Shown piece after piece: positions 20,400-31,435 of a DNA stretch of 33,209 nt (positions are counted from its first letter, which is position 1; every line of letters starts with the position of its first letter). The notes beneath the pieces were generated by a model, which did no database searches, was not told where the DNA came from, and was given only the letters and a program-made list of their open reading frames with translations. Position numbers and translations under genes: made by a program. Location of the stretch: positions 18,282,502-18,315,710 of the forward strand of contig NC_069003.1 in assembly GCF_001194135.2 (NCBI RefSeq), given 5' to 3'. This stretch comes from Octopus bimaculoides. Its lineage: Eukaryota.

Positions 20400-20900
20400 G
20401 CACCCAGTGGTGTAGGCAGGCTGTGATGGAACAGCATCAAACTGGCTGAGGGCTGCCCAGCTTGAGGCAGGCAGTAGACGTCCATTGAGGCACAATGGCT
20501 TCTCCTTCCATTGAAAGCAGCCTTTAGTACCTTGCTTTTATGCCAATCATGTGCAGGCTTATAACTGGTAGACTACTGCTGTCCATGTTTTACCATGACA
20601 CTGGAGTGTCCTCTTCAGGGCACAGTTTTTCATGGGGGATTGGCAGTTGCCCATCCTACATGTCTCCCCTCTCCACCATCACCACCACCACCACCACCAC
20701 CACCACCACCACCACCACCACTAGTGTTATCTAAGGAAAAGGAAGGGGCTAATATGACTTAGCACCAGTGGGGCCACAGGAGTTGCCAGGATGAGGTTGT
20801 CTACAGCATCGACCTATTGTAGGGATTCTGGCTCTGGATTTATCCTTGGGGTTTACTCCTGAAACTTTTCACTTAAGTGGGTATTGCTACAAGGCAGTGA
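20400..20900 (+). mobile_element. Possible RTE/BovB-like LINE 5'UTR remnant, split by (ACC)n
   Basis: Motifs GGAGTGTCCTCT, CAGTTGCCCAT, GGGGTTTACTCC and AGTGGGTAT..CAAGGCAG resemble RTE-1 5' regions as I recall them; not verified. Confidence 0.35.
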
Positions 20901-21071
20901 AGTTTTCATTATCACTGCTGTCTTAAGTGGGTAAGGGCTTAATAAGCAGCACAGCTAATGATGAGAGTTGCTTATTTGGATGGCTGTTGACTCTTCAGAG
21001 TTCATCCACCCTTTGACAGGTCTTGTATTTAATCTTGCAAGATGACCAAACCTGTGATTTGATGGTTGGAA

Positions 21072-21130
<59 letters not shown>

Positions 21131-21139
21131 GGAGGGAGA

Positions 21140-21208
21140 GAGAAGGGTCTGCAAGAGAAGGGTCTGCAAGAGAAAGGTCTGCAAGAGAAGGGTCTGCAAG
21201 AGAAGGGT
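21140..21208. repeat. 15-bp minisatellite (GAGAAGGGTCTGCAA), about 4.6 copies
   Basis: Directly visible; arises at the end of a (GA)n tract. Confidence 0.95.
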
Positions 21209-21625
21209 ACAGAAAGGGAACACAACAGACTTTGGTAGTAGTTCAGTTATAGAAGCTGAAAGGCTTAAATATATTGAAGGGCAGCATGGGAGTTATAGCT
21301 GCTTATTACTAGGGTTGTTGTTATTTTATTTTTATTTTAGAGGTAGGATATGAACATTAGAATATCAGAACAACTGTAGTGATATTTCACAAGAGAGAAC
21401 AAGAAAAATGTTAGACACTGTTCATTATCTCTGATTATGTTAATGAGTAAGCTTAATGTTTACGATGAATTTATCATCTTTGGTGGGTTGTGCAGCACAC
21501 ATTTAGCACATCCAGAATATACGCCCTTGGTAATAAAATAATATAGTGCATATAGATTATAGCAACGAAGCATATGAACAACTTTGTGCTGAGGTAACAT
21601 AACATTATTTTATAACAACAACAAC

Positions 21626-21685
<60 letters not shown>

Positions 21686-21688
<3 letters not shown>

Positions 21689-21775
21689 CCTTCCTACTAT
21701 AGGCACAAGGCTTGAAATTTGGGAGAGAGGCTATAGTCGATTACATCAACTCTAGTACTCAAATAGTACTTCTAC
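21686..21775 (-). mobile_element. SINE family A 3' fragment with long (ATT)n tail
   Basis: CCTTCCTACTATAGGCACAAGGCTTGAAATTT tail next to (AAT)n at 21625-21688. Confidence 0.65.
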
Positions 21776-21838
21776 TTCTCATTATCTTCTTTGCCCACTG
21801 TTTTCACCAATCACTTCTTTTCTGTACCTTCAGTCATT

Positions 21839-21898
<60 letters not shown>

Positions 21899-22295
21899 AA
21901 CTGCTATACTCCATTCTTAGCACTTCTCTTCTCTGCTATCATTCTCAATGCCCTCACATATCTACTATAGCACCCTACCTCATGAGTTATTCCTATATCT
22001 CCCATCATCACTTGCTACAGTTACCTGTACCTCATTCATCTCTTGCTATCTCTTCTCACACGCTTTTGAAACTTCTCTCTCTAACCTCCCACCCATTCAC
22101 CTCCAACCCACTCACCCAGTCCAATCCTCTGTACCACTTCAAGAGTGGCTGTATGGTAAGAAGTTTGCTTCACAATTACATGGTCAGTGGATTTGGTAGA
22201 TAAAGACTGGTCAGTGGATTTGATAGATAGAAACTGAANNNNNNNNNNNNNNNNNNNNNNNNNNNNNNNNNNNNNNNNNNNNNNNNNNNNNNNNA

Positions 22296-22505
22296 AGGTG
22301 TTTATAAGCCATTTAAAAACACACAAAAAATGTTAGATTCACTTCAACATTTAAGTTTAATTTGTCAAAATTTCGTGCAGCACGAAATTTTGTCAGTGAA
22401 CAAGTGACGGTTTCATAGCAACAAAAGTATTTTGACAAATTAAACTTAAATGTTGAAGTGAATCTAATAGTTTTTGTGTGTTTTTAAATGGCTTATAAAT
22501 ACCTT
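22296..22505. mobile_element. Palindromic (foldback) MITE
   Basis: ~78-bp near-perfect TIRs (AAGGTGTTTATAAGCCATTTAAAAACACAC... / ...GTGTGTTTTTAAATGGCTTATAAATACCTT) and an internal hairpin CAAAATTTCGTG CAG CACGAAATTTTG. Confidence 0.8.
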
Positions 22506-22789
22506 CCATGCTGCAATTGTTTTTGTTTCAGCACACAATCTCAGATCAGATCACCTGCTATGCAGGTACATCTCCATTATATATATATTTTTCTCCCATT
22601 CTCCCCTTTCTTTTCCAACTTGGTTAGCCATATATCTCTTCTACAGCAAGACACCAAACTCAAAACTGCATCTCTATTTTACCTTTTAGTCTCTCATCAA
22701 CTAGCACAAAGACACCTACCTCAATACTGCTGCCCCTCCCAGTCAAGGGGTCTTTATTTTGCAAGTTACTTAGTGACCCTGTCTGTGTT

Positions 22790-22925
22790 GGTGCAACCTA
22801 AAAAGCATACAGTAGACTCTGTAAAGTAGTCATCATTGGAAAAGGCATCCAGCCTGGCACAGGCCTCTGGCTTGCCAGCTCCTGTCATACTGTCCAACCC
22901 ATGCCAGCATGGAAAATGATGATAC
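22790..22925 (+). mobile_element. RTE-type 3' tail, degenerate
   Basis: AAGGCATCCAGC ... GTCCAACCCATGCCAGCATGGAAAATGATGAT. Confidence 0.65.
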
Positions 22926-22937
22926 ATATATACATAT

Positions 22938-22978
<41 letters not shown>

Positions 22979-23191
22979 CATAAATATACATATATATCTA
23001 ATGAATCTTACTAAAAAATAGTAACATACTTCATAATATATCTTATTAAAAAGTAGTAACAGTTAAACATTGGCACAAAATCCTAGAAAAACAAGGATAT
23101 TAACACAAATATGCAGTAATTACTAAGTATTAAGGCAGATTAGTTAATCTTTCAACTACAATAATCTGGTATATATATGTCTGTTAATCCA

Positions 23192-23245
<54 letters not shown>

Positions 23246-23627
23246 ATGGATGTACTTATGTTATTAATGTGGTTGCTAAAATCAATTTGTTTTCCAATAT
23301 GGCTGAGACAGTTTGGCAGGAACCTCAGTTACGTCTTGTGCATTGTGAGATGATATATATATATATATATATATATGTATTTATAATGTTTATAAAGAAC
23401 CTATTAAAGTGCACAGCATTTAATTGATGAGTTAGTACTGCATATGTTTCATTACACTCCAAAACAGATGCCTGGGAAACGAATTAATGTTATTACACAG
23501 ATAATTGTGTTACGAGTTTGTTGGGTATAATGGTCACAGAGTACAGATAATACATAATCGTTATGTAATTGTCACTGAAACACATGTAAAAATGTTATGT
23601 GCAAATAATTTCGTACTGTATTCTATA

Positions 23628-23831
23628 CAGGTGTAAGCATGGCTGTACGGTTGAGAACTTTGCTTCCTAACTATATAGTATCAGGTTCAGTCCCACAGCA
23701 CAACACCTTGGGCAAGTATCTTTTCTTATAGCCCTGGGCTGACCAATAATTTGAGTGGATTTGGTTGATGAAAACTGAAAGAAGACTGTTGTATATATAT
23801 ATATATATGAATATATATGTATGTGTGTGTA

Positions 23832-23876
<45 letters not shown>

Positions 23877-24100
23877 CCTTGTCTTAAAATCATGTCATGG
23901 TTGTAAGCAAGCATCACTGTCATATAAGATGTCTTCAGTAGAAAACATGTCTGGCAATGGGGAAAATATTACCTTAGACAGAAACATGGACGCATGAAGA
24001 CGCATGACAAGAAGAGCATCCAACTGTAGAAAACCTGCCTCAACAAGTTCCATTTGTTCTATGGAAGCATGGAAATGTGGATGTTAAATGATAATGATGA
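23628..24100 (+). mobile_element. Composite SINE: family B tRNA head plus RTE-type tail
   Basis: Head AGGTGTAAGCATGGCTGTACGG..AGGTTCAGTCCC, internal (TG)n, tail AGAGCATCCAACTGTAGAAA..GCATGGAAATGTGGATGTTAAATGATAATGATGA. Confidence 0.65.
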
Positions 24101-24419
24101 GGCGGAAGAGGAGGAGGATTCTTGTGTGTGTGTGTGTGTGTGTGTGTGTGCATGCGTGTGAGAGTGTACTTTTTGTTTTGAAATCAAACATAAGTGAGGC
24201 AAATACTGTAATTTGTTACCCTGGGATTGTGGTTTCAAATGCAGCTGTATGTACTTTCTCTGCTGTAAAAACAAGAACAGTGTAAAAGTTCATTAAGATT
24301 TGTCAAAGCCCATTATTGTTAAGGTAATTTAACAGATAACAATGGAATGAAATAGAAGGCCTAATATATAAGATACACAACATCTAGATTACTAACAGGG
24401 AAAATAAATATTAAGTGTT

Positions 24420-24527
<108 letters not shown>

Positions 24528-24611
24528 ATCTGCCTATCTGATTGTCTGTCTGTCTTTCTCTTTCTCTATCTATCTATATACATGTACACACACACACACA
24601 AGCTGTTCAAG

Positions 24612-24770
24612 CTAAATTTGACAACTTTTTAGGCTGAGTTTAACGTTGCCTTTCAGGCTTGATAAAGTAAGCAGCAGCTCAGCTCTGGATAGTCAGTGTA
24701 ATTGACTAACTTGTCCCAATAAAATTTCAGGCCTTGTGCCTATATACCTATAGAAGAAAGAATTACTATT
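24612..24770 (+). mobile_element. SINE family A, degenerate and 5'-truncated
   Basis: Tail AATTTCAGGCCTTGTGCCTATA present. Confidence 0.6.
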
Positions 24771-24953
24771 ATTGTTATTAGAGTGGTGGATAGGAAGAGA
24801 TATTAGACCATTGGGTGAAATACAGAGGGTTTGGGCTAAATTTGATGATTTTTTTATATGAACTTTTTTTCAGGAACAGCTTTATGTATTATTTATGTAC
24901 TAGTGTTGGAGAGTATAAAGGTTAAAGTTGTAGTTGAGAAAAAGTTAGATGGC

Positions 24954-25229
24954 ATGGAGAACTGGAAGCCATCAGAATATTGGAAAAGAGTAACCTGTAT
25001 CACGATGACTTGTGCTGGGTGTCAAAATGATGATATCATAACTGCTGCTCGATGTTCTGTGAACACTTTAAAGGCAGTAAGACATGACATGGACAGCTTC
25101 AACAGAGACTATAAAGCTGTGGCCAGCAGGAAGGGATACAGCAGGTGTTCTGACTGTATCTGCACACTGGAATTCATCCAACAACTGCAGAACAGGGTGA
25201 TGGAAAATCAAAGCAAGGAAACCAAGGTG
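24954..25229 (+). pseudogene. Tc1/mariner (maT/DD37D-like) transposase, N-terminal part
   Basis: MENWKPSEYWKRVTCITMTCAG..CSVNTLKAVR..RKGYSRCSDCICTLEFIQQLQNRVMENQSK resembles the HTH region (RxxRTPEF..V.ENP motif) that precedes the segment at 25862. Confidence 0.55.
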
Positions 25230-25861
25230 TAGTAGAAGTGATTTACACTGTCATTGTGGGAGATGTTTTCATTTTGACTCATTTAGGCTTAAATACCCCA
25301 ATATCAGCTCCACAAGGCCTTTTGTTCCAGCAGTCACATGACTTTGTGATTAAACGAACCTGTTGTTTGTATTGGTCAGCTTCCAACTGTCCAATCGTGT
25401 TGGTGCAACAGTTTATTTTTCCTTACGTGGGAAATTAACCACCAGCTATGGGAGTCTATTATTCCCTATTAGTACCACAGTTCTTGACTGTTCTAGGTCT
25501 TTGGCACTCACCACTGACCACATGCAACTTGTCTCCAGCAACAATGTTTTGACTCCAGCCAGTCTCTGCTTTCAATTCCACCAGACACCTGTCTACATCA
25601 TTGCTTATGAAGACTACACGACCAACAGACCAACAGCTGCCTCTACACTACCAAACAGTACGTCAATTATGTCTACTACATCAACAGTCCAACCGAACTA
25701 CAAAGTTCTCTCACACATCCTTGTATTATAACCTGTTATGTTATGTTAATTTATGTATGGCAATCATTATATTCTATAATGAAGAATAAAATGTCACTTA
25801 CAATTTCAGTTGCAGTTTCAAGTTGTATATACATCATTCACATCATCCTCATTTACTCATC

Positions 25862-26278
25862 TTCATTATAAAGGCTTTGGTGAGAGAGATGGGTGTTGGA
25901 ATAGCCACCATGAAACTGGTCTTAATGGGGACCTTCACAACCACTTCTACAAGATGTTCAAGGGACACATTCTGAAAGCTTAGGCCAAAGAGAGTTACTT
26001 GTTGAAGGAAAAGAAGCTCCTGAAAATGCTGACGCATCCTGTTGAGCCAGGAATGATCTGGTTCTTCTCAGATGAAAAGAATTTCTATCAGGGCCAGTTG
26101 CACAACTCCCAAAATAACATACAGCCTGCATACAATCAGTGTGAAGTCTCATGTATCGTGAAAACCAAGTTGCCCCAAACTGTGATGTCTTTAGGTGTAT
26201 CTCCAGTAAGGGTGATGGTATGTCGCCTCATGTCTTTGAACAGGGTCTTAAGCTCAGGCTATGTGAAACTGGTATTAA
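25862..26278 (+). pseudogene. Tc1/mariner (maT/DD37D-like) transposase, central part with first catalytic D
   Basis: IKALVREMGVG..KLLKMLTHPVEPGMIWFFSDEKNFYQGQLHNSQNN..KTKLPQTVMSLGVS..EGDGMSPHVFEQGL; the WFSDEK, HNxQN and PxxVM motifs are present. Frameshifted. Confidence 0.8.
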
Positions 26279-26521
26279 GGGTAGTAAACTGGTGCATGAT
26301 AGGAGACTTGACAGTGAGTGACGTTGCTGGAGGTAAATAAGCAATGCTGCTAATAACAACAATGATGATCAAATGTATACCGGTTTCAATTGGCTGGCAG
26401 AGACGGAGTAAGAGATGATAAGATGGGAGTAAAATTCAATGATACACATAGAAGAAAACAGGAATAGAAATCATAACAACTGGTGTGTAGAATAAAATGG
26501 TTAAAATAATATTGCTATATC

Positions 26522-26566
26522 ATCTATGGCCATATCACGTTAAAAACATCGGTTCTTGTATTTGAT
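26522..26566 (+). pseudogene. 5S rRNA 5' fragment (about nt 1-45)
   Basis: ATCTATGGCCATATCACGTTAAAAACATCGGTTCTTGT aligns to the 5' end of metazoan 5S rRNA. Confidence 0.75.
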
Positions 26567-26832
26567 AGTATGAGTACCGTTGTGAAACTTGTAGTATAAA
26601 ACTAGCAGGCAGTGGTGGTTAGGATTGAATGACAAAGTAAATGTTGGCAACAGTTATTTCATTTTCTAATATAATCATTTGCAACTGCAGTTGCAGAGAG
26701 TCATTGAAATTTGTGCATGCAAATATCTATATAGAAGTGTGTGTGTAGGAAAACACAGACAAGACACACACTTAAACTAAAGCTAACTGCAATAATAAAA
26801 CGATTAGTTCGCATGCTTGTTAATTATGCAAT

Positions 26833-26860
26833 AAAAAACCTAAATAAAAAGGGATAAAAG
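26833..26860 (-). terminator. Pol III oligo-T terminator of the 5S copy
   Basis: CTTTTATCCCTTTTTATTTAGGTTTTTT follows the 5S 3' end directly on the minus strand. Confidence 0.55.
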
Positions 26861-26979
26861 ATGCTTATAGCACCTAGGTTTCCCAAGTGGTCACCCATCT
26901 AAGTACTAAATAGAATCAACATTGCTTAATTTTGGTGATCGGATGAGGACCAGTTTTTATATGTGATATGGCCATAAAC
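26861..26979 (-). pseudogene. Full-length degenerate 5S rRNA gene (119 nt)
   Basis: Minus strand GTTTATGGCCATATCAC...CCGATCACCAAAATTAAGCAATG...TTAGTACTTAGATGGGTGACCACTTGGGAAACCTAGGTGCTATAAGCAT. Box A- and box C-like elements are present, with many CpG-type transitions. Confidence 0.9.
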
Positions 26980-27069
26980 AATACTTCAAAATTATTTTAA
27001 CCATTTTATTCTACACACCAACTGAATATAGTAAACCATTCTCTGGTTCTGACTTCTATCTCTGTTTTC

Positions 27070-27848
27070 GGATCTAGTCTTTCTCATTTGCAAAATGAGC
27101 CTCCCCTTAATTTTTCTCAGAATGCTTTCAATTTTCGTGTATCGATACAACTCTGAATTTTGATTACAATCAACCAATTACTTTATCTCGTAAATTAAAG
27201 AATCTGATGTTATTTGGAATTAAAGTTGAGGTAATTTTGGCCAATCAACAGACAGCGTAGCATTAGCAGCTTGTTACCATGATAACCGTATGCTGTGTTG
27301 TGGTTCAATGTTGTCTGTGCCACTGTTGTCTATGTTGATTCTTCACACCACGAGATTCTTTTTACCTGTGTGTTTTGCTTTAATTTTTCTGTGTCTTAGT
27401 ATATTACATATTTTTCTATGCTTCTGTGTATTAGTATTTTTCTGTGTTAGTATTTTTACATATTTTTCATTTCATATATTTTTGGGACTCATTGACTCAG
27501 ATAGCTGGATTTATGATTTCACTAGGTTAATTTTATCCATAAAAATTTAAATAAGGAGTATTTCTTAAACCGTTAGCTTCACATTTCAACAGCTTGACTG
27601 AAATTTAGCCCACGTAACAGGAACTGAGAGGAATATTGTGGAACAGAGAAACTGTGGTGATACAGATAATTTGACATCATTTTTGAATTCTGCAAACAAA
27701 AACATGTAAGATACAGGTATTCTTTTTCCTAGGACAAATTATTTGTTGATGAGTGTTATTCTTATCATAGTTTACAAATCCAAGCATGAAAACGTTACTC
27801 AACTTTGGAGTTTTGGAGACAGACACTCCCTTTTCACACACACTCCCT

Positions 27849-27883
<35 letters not shown>

Positions 27884-28362
27884 TGCACTTATATATTAAT
27901 GATGTACACAAATACATGACAGGTATACATAATACTGAAATACGCATAAAGTAAACACATACACACAAATATATTAATATAAGTGATTAAAAAAGTAATT
28001 AAAAATACAATCAATGAAGAAACAAAAGAAACAGTAACATGATACATATTGATTTTATTAGGTATTTCTGTTTATTTAGAAACCTACAAGGAACAGGTCA
28101 GACACTGAACTATAAATTTCACAGGGTACAACCTTAAAGTTGACACCACTTTGCTAAACACAGAAAATTTGTCTCTATTTGCTAAAAATACTCAGTTGTT
28201 TTCGATTTTTAAACCTCTCTAACATTTTTCTCCAATTTTTTTCTCCACAACATCAAACCTTCAAAGCAATGAGACTGGAAGGCTACATTATTATAGCTGA
28301 TTTTCAGATTTTTTACTTCCTTTTAAAAAATGCATATTTTGAAAATGAGAATAACTAGATCC
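27070..28362. mobile_element. 1293-bp non-autonomous DNA transposon with 31-bp TIRs and perfect 8-bp TSD (Merlin-like or hAT)
   Basis: TIRs GGATCTAGTCTTTCTCATTTGCAAAATGAGC versus reverse complement GGATCTAGTTATTCTCATTTTCAAAATATGC (26/31); TSD CTGTTTTC at 27062-27069 and 28363-28370. Confidence 0.85.
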
Positions 28363-28828
28363 CTGTTTTCTTATATGTGTATTACTTTACTCACATTTCA
28401 TCATTTCTTACTTCGTCCAATTGAAATTGGTATACATCTGATCATCATTATTGATATTAGCAGCATTGCTTATTTACCTCTGACAACATCGCTCACTGTC
28501 AAGTTTCTTATGATGCACCAGTTTACTACACTTTATAATGGCTTTAGTAATGTGTGGCTATTGATGCATTTTCACAAGCACAATTTCCACAGAAGTGAAC
28601 TGAAACAGCTAGAAGCAAGCAAGCAAATGGTGAAATTTTCCTAAATGCTGTCATTGTTGTTAGAGTGTTTTTTTTTCTGTTTCCTTTTTTCATTCTATGT
28701 GCCAAAGAGTGTAAGCTCAAAACGCTAAAGACTTTTCCATTTTTACTGAGCATCAACAAACTGAGCCTTGTTTGTTGTTCTTTCACCTATCTCTGTCTTT
28801 TGTTTCTTGTTTTTTTGTGCATTTTGAA

Positions 28829-28872
<44 letters not shown>

Positions 28873-28994
28873 ACAACATTTATTAATTTCTTTGCTGACC
28901 AAAGCCTTGTGAGTGGATTTGGTAGATGGAAACTGAAAGTATCCCATCATGTGTGTGTGTGTGTATGTGTGTGTGTGTATATGTGTGAGAATGC

Positions 28995-29270
28995 ATGCGG
29001 TCTAGTGGCTAGGCTGTTGCACTCACAATCGCTAGATTGTGGGTTCAGTTTCTGGACTGAATGTCATGTTTTTTTAAGCAAAACACTTCATTTCACATTG
29101 CTCCAGTTCACTTGATTGTAAATGGGTAAACCTGCATCACAGTAGCCTTCTGGTTGGGGAGAATATTGGCCTGTTCACTCACCTAGGCATCATTCAAAAG
29201 CTAAAATGATGCAAAGTGCATTGTGACTAACAACAAATAACAACATCCAATAGTCTGGCTGATCATGCGA
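28995..29270 (+). mobile_element. tRNA-derived SINE, third variant
   Basis: A-box-like GGTCTAGTGG, B-box-like GGGTTCAGTT, CORE-like AGCAAAACACTTCATTTCACATTGCTCCAGTTCAC; followed by (TACA)n. Confidence 0.5.
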
Positions 29271-29735
29271 TACATACATACATACATACATACATACATA
29301 CATACATACATACATACATACATACATACATACATACAATGGATGGATTCTCTTGTCGTGAACAACAAGTGAGAGTTCAGTAAAATAAAGCATTGGTCAT
29401 GTTCTATGGACATGAGCGTGTCTCTTGAGGCCTGCTGGTGCCTTGCAAACCTTTAGGCAAATGGAACAAGTTGAGGACTCAGTTTTCTTGAGTGTTTGTG
29501 GATCATTTACTTTGTGTTTTCTTGAGTGGACAGCTCAAGGAATGATTACTTCACAATGTCCCTTGAAAAGCTAATTTAAATAGCAATAACCATAAAATAT
29601 GTATATATATTTTTTATAAAACGATATTAAAACTATGTGAAATGAAGGCATTTCTCTTTTTATATGTTTTCTACATATTTTCACTTCATAATTTTGCCAC
29701 GTGGTGTATACTGACCACCAGCATTTTTGCTCCTT

Positions 29736-29782
<47 letters not shown>

Positions 29783-30507
29783 TACATACATATATACATA
29801 TATNNNNNNNNNNNNNNNNNNNNNNNNNNNNNNNNNNNNNNNNNNNNNNNNNNNNNNNNNNNNNNNNNNNNNNNNNNNNNNNNNNNNNNNNNNNNNNNNN
29901 NNNNNNNNNNNNNNNNNNNNNNNNNNNNNNNNNNNNNNNNNNNNNNNNNNNNNNNNNNNNNNNNNNNNNNNNNNNNNNNNNNNNNNNNNNNNNNNNNNNN
30001 ATATATATATATATATATACTTATATACATACATATTATACACACTTACACCCAACCACCCACATACACTCATCTATATATCATTCTTTTTTCAAATGGT
30101 GGATCTTGAAGCATTTAAAGTGCTAAATAGTAGTGTATAACTATTGGGTTAAAAGGAAAACCTTTGGATAGAAAAGGTCAAAGGTTGTTGATAGGACATA
30201 GAATCCAAATCTGCAACCATGATAAGCATTCTACTACTATTTTAGTATGGAAACAAAATGCATGTTTCTCCAGCAGTTGATAAAATAGGAGTAAAAAGTA
30301 TATTATGGGAGGTGAAAATAACAGGAATGGGTTAAATATAAAGTGAAAAAGATAAAAGAAAACTTCTGAGCCAATGAGATCTGTTAAGGAGATTAAGAGA
30401 TTATTGAAAATCTAGTTTTTGTTGTGATGATTAGTATCACGTTATAGGTCATTGATTGTGTGTAATTGGGGTGGGGAGAGAAAGAGAGAGAGAGCGAGAG
30501 AGAAAAA

Positions 30508-30558
<51 letters not shown>

Positions 30559-30886
30559 GGAGAGAAAAAAGGAGAAAGAGAGTGAGAGAGAGAGGAAGGG
30601 AGAGATTATATATGCACCTCCATCTTGCCTGTTTACTGATAGCTGCCAGCATTAATAACTTCTTTGTTTGATTGGTTGATAACTGGTTACTTACATACAC
30701 TACTGTATGTTATATGTAATATTTGGTATAAAGTATGTTCTACTATCACCACACATGAGCATACATGTACATGCATACACATACACGTACATCCATATGT
30801 TACAAGTATTTCATATGCATCTTTGGCAATTGCATGTTGCTTGGATTTAACTAATTATCAATCTACCTATTCATATATATGAAATT

Positions 30887-31268
30887 GTGCAAGAAGGAGA
30901 CCTAGGAAGACATGGGATGAAATATTGAAGGCTGATCTCAAAACACTGAACGTTATGAAAGAGATGATTGAAGAGCAAGATACATGGTGCATTGCTGTAC
31001 TTGAGAAGACCTGGTACAACTGAGACCTGGTACACTGGGAGGCCGCACCAGGCCCCAATCTGATCTGGCAAGGTTTCTACAGCTGGATGCTCTTCCTAAC
31101 GCTAACCAGAGTGTAGTGGGTGCTTTTTACGTGCCACCATCACAGATAACAGTCAGGCATCACTGGCATTGGTCATGCTCGAATGGTACATTTTACATGC
31201 CGCTGGCATGGGTGCCATTTGGTACTGGCATTATCCATGCTTGAATGATGCTTTTTACGTGCCACTAG
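30887..31268. mobile_element. Rearranged RTE 3' end: ORF C-terminus on +, 3'UTR segment on -
   Basis: 30887-31023 (+) reads CARRRPRKTWDEILKADLKTLNVMKEMIEEQDTWCIAVLEKTWYN*. 31040-31268 matches the 3'UTR at 11660-11950 in the opposite sense relative to the ORF. Confidence 0.75.
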
Positions 31269-31435
31269 CAAACAATCATGTGTGTAATAAACAAACTTAC
31301 AGTTGTTTTTTAGAAGCATCGAATGTGTATTGTATGATACAAATAAGAAGGTGATATTTTGAACATGGTATTGCTGTTAAAACAGCTGAAAAACTGGGTA
31401 TTATTACCCTTCCAAAGTGGAAAAAGTTGTCAACA

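Noticed and set aside
20590-20625. Minus-strand CTGAAGA followed by hairpin GACAC-TCCA-GTGTC
   Set aside because: GAAA is not adjacent to stem II and no stem I/III forms.
21140-21208. Short tandem repeats (also 7542-7655, 22185-22237, 27824-27858) as a CRISPR-like array
   Set aside because: They are contiguous units without unique spacers in a eukaryotic context, with no cas genes.
21400-21595. Coding-looking stretches YDEFIIFGGLCSTHLAHPEYTPL and NEAYEQLCAE|GTAACA
   Set aside because: Acceptors are weak, no homology is recognised and the segments are short enough to arise by chance.
25734-25802. TG...CA-bounded stretch containing AATAAA as a possible LTR
   Set aside because: It is only about 70 bp, has no polypurine tract and has no partner copy.
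26361-26430. ATGATGA resembling a C box of a C/D snoRNA in the 5S spacer
   Set aside because: No matching D box or terminal stem is conserved between the two arms.
26861-26979. Functional 5S rRNA gene or 5S-derived SINE3
   Set aside because: Many CpG-type substitutions disrupt helices, so it is probably non-functional. The genomic upstream flank and terminator, with no LINE tail, argue against SINE3.
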